Assembly: GCA_964035575.1 (NCBI GenBank)
Contig: OZ037835.1
Span: forward strand, 1,054,001 to 1,118,000
Direction of reading: 5' to 3'
Length of the DNA stretch: 64,000 bases
DNA from: Rhynchopus sp. YZ270_cl-10
Lineage: Eukaryota
Shown here: in pieces, positions 24,182 to 34,303 of the stretch
Layout of the letters: each line of letters opens with the position of its first letter
Numbering within the stretch: the first letter of the stretch is position 1
Notes under the pieces: model-generated
What the model saw: the letters and a program-made list of their open reading frames with translations, nothing else
Database searches by the model: none
Told to the model about the DNA's origin: nothing
Position numbers and translations under genes: made by a program

Positions 24182-25114
24182 TTACCTTCTTTTGTGTTGC
24201 TCTGTTGTGTGGTGGGGTTGTGGGGTTGGGGCAACGACGTAGAAACCCCTTGGCAGGCAGAGCCGTGCAACGACACCGCACGAAGCCGCAAGACGCACGA
24301 TGGTAGGTGACTGCTTAGACGACCTGGGAGAAGAACACCCACCAGCTGCCACCTGCCTGAGGGCACAGACGGCACAGTGCCATGTCGCGAAAGTGAACCC
24401 ACACACTGAATAAAAACACCACCCAAGAGAGGCACCCCACACCAGCACCAGCGCACCCCACCCCATCCACCCCACGCAAGGAAGAACGCCAAAGGTGCTC
24501 TTGTGCTGCAACCACAGACAAGCTGAGGTGCCAGACAAATGCACGAAAGCACCCCACGGCTGGGCACGTCCCTGTTCCACCTCATATTCTTTGCTGATCT
24601 GTTGGTTCAGTGTAGCTACCATTCAGGCAGTCTTAACTATGCAGAAAACACTCTCAAGAAAGGCCTCTGATCTGGGGCACAGTTGATGCGCTGCAACTAC
24701 CGGGTTTTGGAGACCGTCACTCTGAAACAAATGTTAGACTTGGGTAGACCAACGTTTATTACATCAAACACGGCCAGAAGTGGCCAGAAAACTCGAGTAT
24801 GCAGGTGCACAATATATTTGCTCGATCTCCTTGGTGGAGTAGTTCACTCTTTGAATCATAATATAGACAAAATCTCAAGATGCAGTGTCAGCAAAACTGA
24901 GGGGGAAACACAAGTGTGTCGTGTGTAAGAGAGGGGAGGGATGTTCTGTTAAAAGGGGCCGTTTGTTGTTTTGTTTTGATGACTCTTTGGCTTTGCTGTT
25001 CCTCACACGTACTTACCCAAACACCCCACCTCCCCTCCCCAAATAAAACCCTTCTTCAGGAAAAGAAATCGAAACAAAGAATGCGTGAATCCCCCAATGT
25101 CGTACCCACCCCGA

Positions 25115-25142
25115 CCCTATTCCCCTATTCCCCTATTCCCCC
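25115..25142. repeat. (TATTCCCC)n, only 3 copies
   Basis: Same position in unit 2. Confidence 0.85.
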
Positions 25143-25289
25143 TTCTCGTGGCAAGACCGACAAACGAGAGCAAAAACGTAACAACAGTTCACAGAAGCTT
25201 CGGACCATGGTACTGCGGGTTGCCTCTGACGCATCGATGCAGATGCGGCTGACTGTGCTCTTGCCGGTTGCAAACGCACCGGCCTTCTA

Positions 25290-26699
25290 TCATTCTGAGC
25301 CTCTCCGTCGCTTGCGGCACTGCTCGGGAGATTCGTCTCTGCTACGTTTCGGACGTGCATCAACAAGCTCCTTCAGGTTGCTTTCCTGTACTCTACTCGA
25401 CACAGCGCTGCTGCAGCCGGAGAGGTGGATGCTCTTCAACGAAGTGTACAGGTCAGCAGGTAGCACACCCATGTGCATGACGATGCCGAGTGGGGATAAA
25501 TCAATCGCTGTGAGGCTGGTGCAGTTGGCAAGAAAGTCATCACCGATGTTATCAACCATGCACAGCGGCGTCAAGTCTAGTTCTGTCAGTCCGCTGCAGC
25601 CGTGAAGAAAACAGTCGCCTATGTCTGTAACATTGCTGAGTGGTGTCAGGTCTAGCGTTGTGAGGCTGGTGCAGCCGTCAAGAAACCAACGATCGATGTG
25701 TGCAAGATTGCTAAGTGACGACAAGTCTAATACTGTGAGGCCGCTGCAGCCATCAAGAAATGAAGTACCGACTTTCGTAACATGTCTAAGTGGTGCCAAG
25801 TTCAGCACTGGGAGGCTCTCGCAGCCGCCAAGAAAGCAATCACCAACTTGTGTAATCCTGCTGAGTGGCGACAAATCTAATGCTGTGAGGCCTGTGCAGT
25901 TGGCAAGAAAGCATTTACGTAGTCGTGTAAGATTGGCGAGCGATGTCAAGTCTAGTTCTGTGAGGTCGCTGCAGCCGCAAAGAAAGAAACAACGAACTAT
26001 CGTAACCCTGCTGAGTGGTGCCAAGTTCAGCACTGTGAGGCCGCTGCAGCCGTTAAGAAAGCAGTCGCCTATGTCTGTGACATTGCTGAGTGGTGACAGG
26101 TCTAGCGTTGTGAGGCTGGGGCAGTCGTGAAGAAACTTATCGGCTACTTGTGTAATCCTGCTGAGTGGCGACAGGTCTAACACTGTGAGGCCTGTGCAGG
26201 TGGTTAGAAAGTAGGCGCCAATCCGCGTCACATTGCACAACCCAGAGAGGTTGATACTTGTCAACGTTGAACACCCACCAAGAAAGTAGTCACCTATTTC
26301 CGTCACACACGAAACAGCACTCAGATCAAGTGTTGTTAACGTTGTGTATTCCAAGAAGCCGTGCGGAATGACAGTCGCAACCTCCGCCTGCAGAAGCAAA
26401 CACGCCACCTCAGGATCCTCCACACTCTCCAGCCTCTCTGCAGTGATATCGGTCTCACCCAACTTATGAAGCTCTGCAATGGCTTGGTACTTCTGCGTTT
26501 TCGTGAGGATGATTGTGTCACCAGCACTCAGCTGCGCGATGTCGTCTCCTTCCTCCTTCCCTCCGAAGCCCATGTGGAAGCTGTCCTCAGCCAACCCTGC
26601 TGCAGTCGCCACCTTCTGCCGCATCTCCTCCGTTGTGTCATCCACACCCACCTCGATCACGTACAAGTTGTCTGCACAGTCCTTGATGGTCAGTTCCAT
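25290..26699 (-). CDS. UBL + LRR paralogue 4 (unit 2; intact, 469 aa)
   Basis: ATG at 26699 (MELTIKDCADN); uninterrupted UBL, linker, LRRs and RPKRSR...RKRRR. It provides the empty-site reference for inserts A and B. Confidence 0.9.
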   Translation of the reverse strand: MELTIKDCADNLYVIEVGVDDTTEEMRQKVATAAGLAEDSFHMGFGGKEEGDDIAQLSAGDTIILTKTQKYQAIAELHKLGETDITAERLESVEDPEVACLLLQAEVATVIPHGFLEYTTLTTLDLSAVSCVTEIGDYFLGGCSTLTSINLSGLCNVTRIGAYFLTTCTGLTVLDLSPLSRITQVADKFLHDCPSLTTLDLSPLSNVTDIGDCFLNGCSGLTVLNLAPLSRVTIVRCFFLCGCSDLTELDLTSLANLTRLRKCFLANCTGLTALDLSPLSRITQVGDCFLGGCESLPVLNLAPLRHVTKVGTSFLDGCSGLTVLDLSSLSNLAHIDRWFLDGCTSLTTLDLTPLSNVTDIGDCFLHGCSGLTELDLTPLCMVDNIGDDFLANCTSLTAIDLSPLGIVMHMGVLPADLYTSLKSIHLSGCSSAVSSRVQESNLKELVDARPKRSRDESPEQCRKRRRGSE

Positions 26700-27855
26700 T
26701 TGTCTTCTTTTGTGTTGCTCTGTTGTGTGGTGGGGTTGTGGGGTTGGGGCAACGACGTAGAAACCCCTTGGCAGGCAGAGCCGTGCAACGACACCGCACG
26801 AAGCCGTCTCAGCCAATGTTTAGCGTACACATACATGCCGCATACGTCACGAAGTATGGCAGACAGGCACACAAGCAAGCAGAGCGCTCCCACCGTCACC
26901 ACTCACAGCACGCGAGTGTCCCCATCCCCACCAGAAGCAAGAGTGTCCCCAACCAGCCCTGAGCACGACGTCCTCTCCCGACCACACACACGCTTTGGCC
27001 CACCCACAAAGCTGCTCATCATTGCACGCATCACGCAGACGCACGATGGTAGGTGACTGCTTAGACGACCTGGGAGAAGAACACCCACCAGCTGCCATCT
27101 GCCTGAGGGCACAGACGGCACAGTGCCATGTCGCGAAAGTGAACCCACACACTGAATAAAAACACCACAAGATAGGCACCCCACACCAGCACCAGCGCAC
27201 CCCATCCCACCCCACGCAAGGAAGAACGCCAAAGGTGCTCTCGTGCTGCAACCACAGACAAGCTGAGGTGCCAGACAAATGCACGAAAGCACCCCACGGC
27301 TGGGCACGTCCCTGTTCCACCTCATATTCTTTGCTGATCTGTTGGTTCAGTGTAGCTACCATTCAGGCAGTCTTCACTATGCAGAAAACACTCTCAAGAA
27401 AGGCCTCTGATCTTGGGCACAGTTGATGCGCTGCAACTACCAGGTTTTGGAGACCGTCACTCTGAAACAAATGTTAGACTTGGGTAGACCAACGTTTATT
27501 ACATCAAACACGGCCAGAAGTGGCCAGAAAACTCGAGTGTGCAGGTGCACAATATATTTGCTCGATCTCCTTGGTGCAGTAGTTCACTCTTTGAATCATA
27601 ATATAGACAAAATCTCAAGATGCAGTGTCAGCAAAACTGAGGGGGAAACACAAGTGTGTCGTGTGTAAGAGAGGGGAGGGATGTTCTGTTAAAAGGGGCC
27701 GTTTGTTGTTTTGTTTTGATGACTCTTTGGCTTTGCTGTTCTTCACACTGTACTTACCCAAACACCCCACCTCCCCTCCCCAAATAAAACCCTTCTTCAG
27801 GAAAAGAAATCGAAACAAAGAATGCGTGAATCCCCCAATGTCGTACCCACCCCGA

Positions 27856-28437
27856 CCCTATTCCCCTATTCCCCTATTCCCCTATTCCCCTATTCCCCTA
27901 TTCCCCTATTCCCCTATTCCCCTATTCCCCTATTCCCCTATTCCCCTATTCCCCTATTCCCCTATTCCCCTATTCCCCTATTCCCCTATTCCCCTATTCC
28001 CCTATTCCCCTATTCCCCTATTCCCCTATTCCCCTATTCCCCTATTCCCCTATTCCCCTATTCCCCTATTCCCCTATTCCCCTATTCCCCTATTCCCCTA
28101 TTCCCCTATTCCCCTATTCCCCTATTCCCCTATTCCCCTATTCCCCTATTCCCCTATTCCCCTATTCCCCTATTCCCCTATTCCCCTATTCCCCTATTCC
28201 CCTATTCCCCTATTCCCCTATTCCCCTATTCCCCTATTCCCCTATTCCCCTATTCCCCTATTCCCCTATTCCCCTATTCCCCTATTCCCCTATTCCCCTA
28301 TTCCCCTATTCCCCTATTCCCCTATTCCCCTATTCCCCTATTCCCCTATTCCCCTATTCCCCTATTCCCCTATTCCCCTATTCCCCTATTCCCCTATTCC
28401 CCTATTCCCCTATTCCCCTATTCCCCTATTCCCCTAT
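27856..28437. repeat. (TATTCCCC)n microsatellite, ~72 copies
   Basis: Perfect 8-bp repeat in unit 3. Confidence 0.95.
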
Positions 28438-30274
28438 CCCCCCTTCTCGTGGCAAGACCGACAAACGAGAGCAAAAACGTAACAACACTTCACAGAAGCT
28501 TCGGACCATGGTACTGCGGGTTGCCTCTGACGCATCGATGCAGATGCGGCTGACTGTGCTCTTGCCGGTTGCAAACGCACCGGCCTTCTATCATTCTGAG
28601 CCTCTCCGTCGCTTGCGGCACTGCTCGGGAGATTCGTCTCTGCTACGTTTCGGACGTGCATCAACAAGCTCCTTCAGGTTGCTTTCCTGTACTCTACTCG
28701 ACACAGGGCTGCTGCAGCCGGAGAGGTGGATGCTCTTCAACGAAGTGTACAGGTGAGCAGGTAGTGGACCCATGTGCATGACGATGCCGAGTGGGGACAA
28801 GTCAAGCACTGTGAGGCTGCTGCAGCTGGCAAGAAAGCCACCACCGATTTTATAAACCATGCACAGCGGCGTCAAGTCTAGTTCTGTGAGGCTGGTGCAG
28901 TCGTTGAGAAAGGAGTCTCCTATTTGCGCAATATTCTCGAGTGGCGACAAGTCTAGTTCTGTGAGGCCGCTGCAGCCCTCAAGAAAGCTGCCGTCTATGT
29001 CTGTGACATTGCTAAGTGGTGTCAGGTCTAGCGTTGTGAGGCTGGTGCATCCCTCAAGAAACCAACGATCGATGTCTGTAACATTGCTGAGTGGTGCCAA
29101 GTTTAGTTCTCTAAGGCCCCAGCAGTTGGCAAGAAAGCATTCGCTTATGTGTCCAAGATTGCTGAGTGGCGACAAGTCTAATACTGTGAGGCCGCTGCAG
29201 CCATCAAGAAATGAACCATCGACTTTCGTAACATGTCTAAGTGGTGCCAAGTTCAGCACTATGAGGCCGATGCAGCCATCAAAAAACGATTCACCAACTT
29301 GTGTAATCCTGCTAAGTGGCGACAAATCTAATGCTGTGAGGCCTGTGCAGTTGGCAAGAAAGTATTCACGTAGTTGTGTAAGATTGGCGAGCGATGTCAA
29401 GTCTAGTTCTGTGAGGCCGCTGCAGCCGTAGAGAAAGAAACCACCAACTACCGTAACCTTGCTGAGTGGTGCCAAGTTCAGCACTGTGAGGCTCTTGCAC
29501 TCGTTAAGAAAGCAGTCGCCTATGTCTGTGACATTGCTGAGTGGTGTCAGGTCTAGCGTTGTGAGGCTGGTGCACTCCTCGAGAAAGCTTCCGGCTACTT
29601 GTGTAATCCTGCTGAGTGGCGACAGGTCTAATACTGTGAGGCCTCTGCAGGTGGTTAGAAAGTTCTCGCCAATCCGCGTCACATTGCACAACCCAGAGAG
29701 GTTGATACTTGTCAACGTTGAACACCCATCAAGAAAATAGTCACCTATTTCCGTCACACACAAAACAGCACTCAGATCAAGTGTTGTTAACGTTGTGTCT
29801 CCCAAGAAGCCATGCGGAATGACAGTCGCAACCTCCGCCTGCAGAAGCAAACACGCCACCTCAGGATCCTCCACACTCTCCAGCCTCTCTGCAAAAATAA
29901 ACGTTTTTAAAAATAGGATGGAGCACCCCGGTCCGAAAAGGAATGCAGCCACCCCTGGCTTCAGGCTCGCGAACCCAGTATTGCAGTAACACTGGGTCTC
30001 ACGGGCCAAAAACCGAACAAAGAAAAGGAAAATGTTTGGGTTCAGCGACAGCGCCAATGGGCTGACGCGACGCTGAACCAACTTAAAATAAAATAAAAAA
30101 ATCTTGTATCAACTTGAAAAAGAAAAGCAATGAACAGCAACAGAGCCATTTGGGCTTACGCGTCGCTAAAGTAACTGAAAAACAATGTTTTAAAAACAAG
30201 AATGTCGTTGACCAAGATTGAAATACACGAAAAAGGTAAAATACTAAGAATTGCCTCATATTCCATGGGCATCG

Positions 30275-31222
30275 TTTCTGATGTTGTAGTTTGTCTGCTG
30301 AGTGATCACGCGCCCCCCCCTACTAGGGAGGTCTTAGGTTCATGCTTCGGCTTGCACGTAAAGAACTACCATGTCGCCGAAGTTAGCGGTCCTCGTATTC
30401 CGTGAGGTCTTTCTGATGGTGTTGTTTGACTGCTGAGTGATCACGCGCCCCCCCTACTAGGGAGGTCTTGGATTCAGGCTTCGGCTTGCACGTAAAAGCT
30501 ACCATGTCGTCGAAGTTAGCGGTCCTCGTATTCCGTGAGGTCTTTCTGATGTTGTAGTTTGTCTGCTGAGTGATCACGCGCCCCCCCTACTAGGGAGGTC
30601 TTAGGTTCAGGCTTCGGCTTACACGTAAAAGCTACCATGTCGTCGAAGTTAGCGGTCCTCGTATTCCATGAGGTCTTTCAGATGTTGTTGTTTGACTGCT
30701 GAGTGATCACGCGCCCCCCCTACTAGGGAGGTCTTAGGTTCAGGCTTCGGCTTACACGTAAAAGCTACCATGTCGTCGAAGTTAGCGGTCCTCGTATTCC
30801 ATGAGGTCTTTCAGATGTTGTTGTTTGACTGCTGAGTGATCACGCGCCCCCCCTGCTAGGGAGGTCTTGGATTCAGGCTTCGGCTTGCACGTAAAAGCTA
30901 CCATGTCGTCGAAGTTAGCGGTCCTCGTATTCCGTGAGGTCTTTCTGATGTTGTAGTTTGTCTGCTGAGTGATCACGCGCCCCCCCTACTAGGGAGGTCT
31001 TAGGTTCAGGCTTCGGCTTGCACGTAAAAAGCTACCATGTCGTCGAAGTTAGCGGTCCTCGTATTCCGTGAGGTCTTTCTGATGTTGTAGTTTGTCTGCT
31101 GAGTGATCACGCGCCCCCCCTACTAGGGAGGTCTTAGGTTCAGGCTTCGGCTTGCACGTAAAAAGCTACCATGTCGTCGAAGTTAGCGGTCCTCGTATTC
31201 CATGAGGCACTTCAGATGTTGT
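30275..31222. repeat. 133-bp tandem repeat, ~7 copies, inside insert A
   Basis: Unit ...CTGCTGAGTGATCACGCGCCCCCCCTACTAGGGAGGTC...; repeated ORF images lie 399 bp (3x133) apart. Confidence 0.9.
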
Positions 31223-31309
31223 TCTTCTTTTTCTTCTTGTTCCGAGTCTTTGCCGCAGTCCTCTGCTTTGCCCGGGGTCACCTCGTGGAGGTGCTCGGTA
31301 AAACCCCGG

Positions 31310-31589
31310 TCTTCAGCCTTTTCGCAGTGATGTCTGTCTCACCCAACGCATGAAGAGCTGCTCTGGCCTCGAACTTCATCGACTTCGTCAACACAATCTT
31401 GTCCCCAGCACTCAGCTGCGTCATGTCCGCTCCTTCGCCCATCGCTTCGCATCCGAAATTCATCACAAAGCCGTCTTCAGGCAGCTCCACTGCAGACGCC
31501 ACCTTCCGCCGCATGTCCGTAGGTGTGTCATCCTCACCCAGCTCGACCACATGCTGCACTCCGTTCCACCCTTCGATAGTCAAATCCAT
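31310..31589 (-). pseudogene. 5' fragment (UBL domain + linker) of a different UBL-LRR paralogue carried by insert A
   Basis: MDLTIEGWNGVQHVVELGEDD...LSAGDKIVLTK...LGETDITAKRLK; family homology stops there. Confidence 0.85.
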
Positions 31590-31613
31590 TTTTTTGTGTT
31601 TCCGCGGTTTGCC

Positions 31614-31652
31614 CAATGAAGTACAGAAACTGTAGCTTTAGAAATCGTTGGT
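31614..31652 (-). other. Complete 39-nt spliced-leader (mini-exon) sequence in an mRNA-type context
   Basis: Minus strand reads ACCAACGATTTCTAAAGCTACAGTTTCTGTACTTCATTG, containing the conserved euglenozoan SL core CAGTTTCTGTACT.ATTG. It is followed by a 24-nt 5' UTR and an ATG, not by the GT of an SL RNA gene. Confidence 0.9.
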
Positions 31653-31734
31653 GGGGAGCCTCTCTGCAGTGATGTCGGTCTCACCCAACTTATGAAGCTC
31701 TGCAATGGCTTCGTACTTCTGCGTCTTCGTCAGG

Positions 31735-33370
31735 GTGGTAGTCCGTTTTAACGGTCTCTGGCAGGCCGGGCCTTCTTTCTGTGGCCTTCCCAACCAAAAG
31801 ACCCCCAAAAAACACAGGTACCTGCTGCGTTTAGTGGCATTTTACCCCAGTCCCTGGAACAGATCGGCAAGCCGACCAGCCCAGGTATGCATGCCAACAC
31901 TACTGGGGGTGCACTGTTCGATAGCATAAAAGAAAAAGTCAAAAAGTCAAAAAGACAAGAAGGTCAAACAAAATAGGTACTTCGAACAGGGCTGACAGGA
32001 GGGGATTCTCACCCGAGGTTCGGTGCCTGTCAGGCTGCGATTAGTGGTTCTGGGTGATTCCCTTCTTCCTAGCCACCGTTACCGCGGTGCCCACACCGTA
32101 AGAGAATGGGGACGGTTCACGACCGTTCGTTCGCGTCAGCAAAAGTAGGGGTCGGAGTCCAGGCCCGAACCGGAAACATTAACCTCCGTTTTTCGAAACA
32201 ATAAAAAGTAAAAATGAAAAAGAAAAATCAACAGCAAGAGCAGTGTTGTTGTAAAAGAAACAGCAGCACCGTCAGCTAACATGTCCACACAATATGGCAG
32301 ACGGCCACACAAAATTCCCCTGATTTGTACAGAGAAAGTTGTAACTTCTTCCTTACAAGTAAGGGAGTACCGGTAGGGAAGGAGTTACAACAAACAGTGA
32401 ACAAACTCAAGTACCAGCCTTTCCGCGTAGCACAGACCCTACATTTGGTAGTTGGTCTGCCCTACTGCCTCTTCTGCACCGTAGCTGAATGCCACGGCGA
32501 CAACTCCTTCATCTCCAACGTACCAAAGCACGTGAAAATAGAACAAAAATAAACACATTGGAAAACAACAGAGCATGTACCTGCAGAGTGCATACACCCT
32601 GAAAGTTTAACCTCTTCCTTCTAGCACAGACGTTGGTCTGCCCTACTGCCTCTTCTGCACCGTAGCTGAATGCCACGGCGACAACTTGTACCCACCTGCG
32701 AATGAATGCTCGCAGATCCCTTCTTCTACTAACGTATAAAAAACGTAAAAACAGACCAAAAACTACAACATGCCACACTGAATTAACGACAGAGCACGCA
32801 CCTGCAGATCCACAGATGTTTCACTACGGTGTACACAGCCTGAGGTTAAACACATAACACAAGAATTCTACTACGGCAAAAAGATGAAAACTGAACTGAA
32901 CTGAACAAAACTACAACACACCACACTGAATACACAAGAGCACGTACCTGCTGATCCACAGTTGTTTCACATACAGTGTACGCACCAACAAAGCAACACA
33001 ACGTTCCCATGCGGTCAAACGACAACACAGGAACAGCAACAATATTCCGTCACCAGTAGAGACACCGGCAACGCTTCCTTCTTGTACCTGGGATCCCCTC
33101 ATCGGCATCAACACACTCCCAGTCACCGCACAGGTAACAGATCCTTGAAACCCCTCCGAAGGGGTTTGCGTAGCCTACATAAGCTGGTGATCTGCCCGAA
33201 ATTGACTGTGATGTTGTATTAATAACCAGGGTTCCCACATCGGCTTGTTCCTCCTCCGGTCCCGAGCGAATCCATCATTGGAGAGGCGGCCGCCCACGCT
33301 GACTCAGTACCATGCGAACACGGCGTCCAGGGGCCCCACTTGGCGGTTGGTCAGACGTTAATTGCCCCCT
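31735..33370 (-). mobile_element. Insert B copy 1: non-coding SINE/SIDER-like retroelement with a 5' HDV-like ribozyme
   Basis: 18-bp TSD TTCTGCGTCTTCGTCAGG at 31717-31734 and 33371-33388. No long ORF; two internal ~190-200 bp repeats; several hairpins. Confidence 0.82.
33296..33369 (-). ncRNA. Putative HDV-like self-cleaving ribozyme at the 5' end of insert B
   Basis: Folded by eye: P1 GGGGGC/GCCCCU with G1.U wobble; P3 CCA/UGG; CC in L3 pairing with the GG after P1 (P1.1); P4 GCCGUG-UUCG-CAUGGU; J4/2 CUGA; P2 ACGUCUGA/UCAGCGU. Confidence 0.65.
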
Positions 33371-34047
33371 TTCTGCGTCTTCGTCAGGATGATTGTGTCA
33401 CCAGCACTCAGCTGCGTCATGTCCTCTCCTTCCTCCTTCCCTCCGAAGCCCATGTGGAAGCTGTCCTCAGCCAACCCTGCTGCAGACGCCACCTTCTGCC
33501 GCATCTCCTCCGTTGTGTCATCCACACCCACCTCGATCACGTACAAGTTGTCTGCACAGTCCTTGATGGTCAGTTCCATTTGCCTTCTTTTGTGTTGCTC
33601 TGTTGTGTGGTGGGGTTGTGGTTTTGGGGCAACGACGTAGAAACCCCTTGGCAGGCAGAGCCGTGCAACGACACCGCACGAAGCCGTCTCAGCCAATATT
33701 TAGCGTACACATGCATGCCGCATACGTCACGAAGTATGGCAGACAGGCACACAAGCAAGCAGAACGCTCCCACCGTCACCACTCACAGCACGCGAGTGTC
33801 CCCATCCCCACCAGAAGCAAGAGTGTCCCCAACCAGCCCTGAGCACGACGTCCTCTCCCGACCACACACATGATTTGGCCCACCCACAAAGCTGCTCATC
33901 GTTGCACGCATCACGCAGACGCACGATGGTAGGTGACTGCTTAGACGACCTGGGAGAAGAACACCCACCAGCTGCCACCTGCATGAGGGCACAGACGGCA
34001 CAGTGCCATGTCGCGAAAGTGAACCCACACACTGAATAAAAACACCA

Positions 34048-34265
34048 CACGACGGTGAAGTATAGTACATTACAAGTGAAGTTACTAGTAACGTTACAAG
34101 TGAAAAACCGTTACAAGTGAGTTACAAGTGGGATATATCAATTACAGGCAAAAGCAGGTGGTAACTGGTGGGTTACAAGTGGGTTACAAGTCAGTTACAT
34201 GTAACAAAAGTTACATGTAACTCACTTGTAACTCCACTTGTAACACCCGTTACTTCACCGTCGTG
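34048..34265. mobile_element. 218-bp MITE, CACTA/CMC-like
   Basis: 15-bp TIR CACGACGGTGAAGTA / TACTTCACCGTCGTG, 2-bp CA TSD (empty site at 43085-43105), subterminal TTACAAGTG repeats. Confidence 0.85.
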
Positions 34266-34303
34266 CACCCAAGATAGGCACCCCACCCCACCCACCCCAC
34301 CCA

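Larger units (their letters stand above)
29894..31656 (-). mobile_element. Insert A: retroposed chimeric sequence (spliced leader + 5' part of a UBL-LRR paralogue + 133-bp repeat array + U-rich structured 3' end)
   Basis: 12-bp TSD AGCCTCTCTGCA at 29882-29893 and 31657-31668; the site is single in units 2 and 4. Confidence 0.85.
28591..33579 (-). pseudogene. UBL + LRR paralogue 5 (unit 3), split by inserts A and B
   Basis: Pieces 33579-33371 (UBL), 31734-31657 (linker) and 29893-28591 (LRRs) rejoin into the intact gene once one TSD copy per insert is removed. Confidence 0.88.

Noticed and set aside
30275..31222. CRISPR-like array or hammerhead repeat
   Set aside because: The units are wholly repeated with no unique spacers, and I found no CUGANGA/GAAA hammerhead core.
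31614..31652. SL RNA gene
   Set aside because: The exon is followed by GGC plus a UTR and ATG, not by a GT-initiated SL intron, and it lies within a TSD-flanked insert.
29894..33370. Inserts A and B as canonical introns
   Set aside because: No GT/GC-AG pair at the TSD boundaries restores the frame cleanly. Non-canonical splicing cannot be excluded without RNA data.
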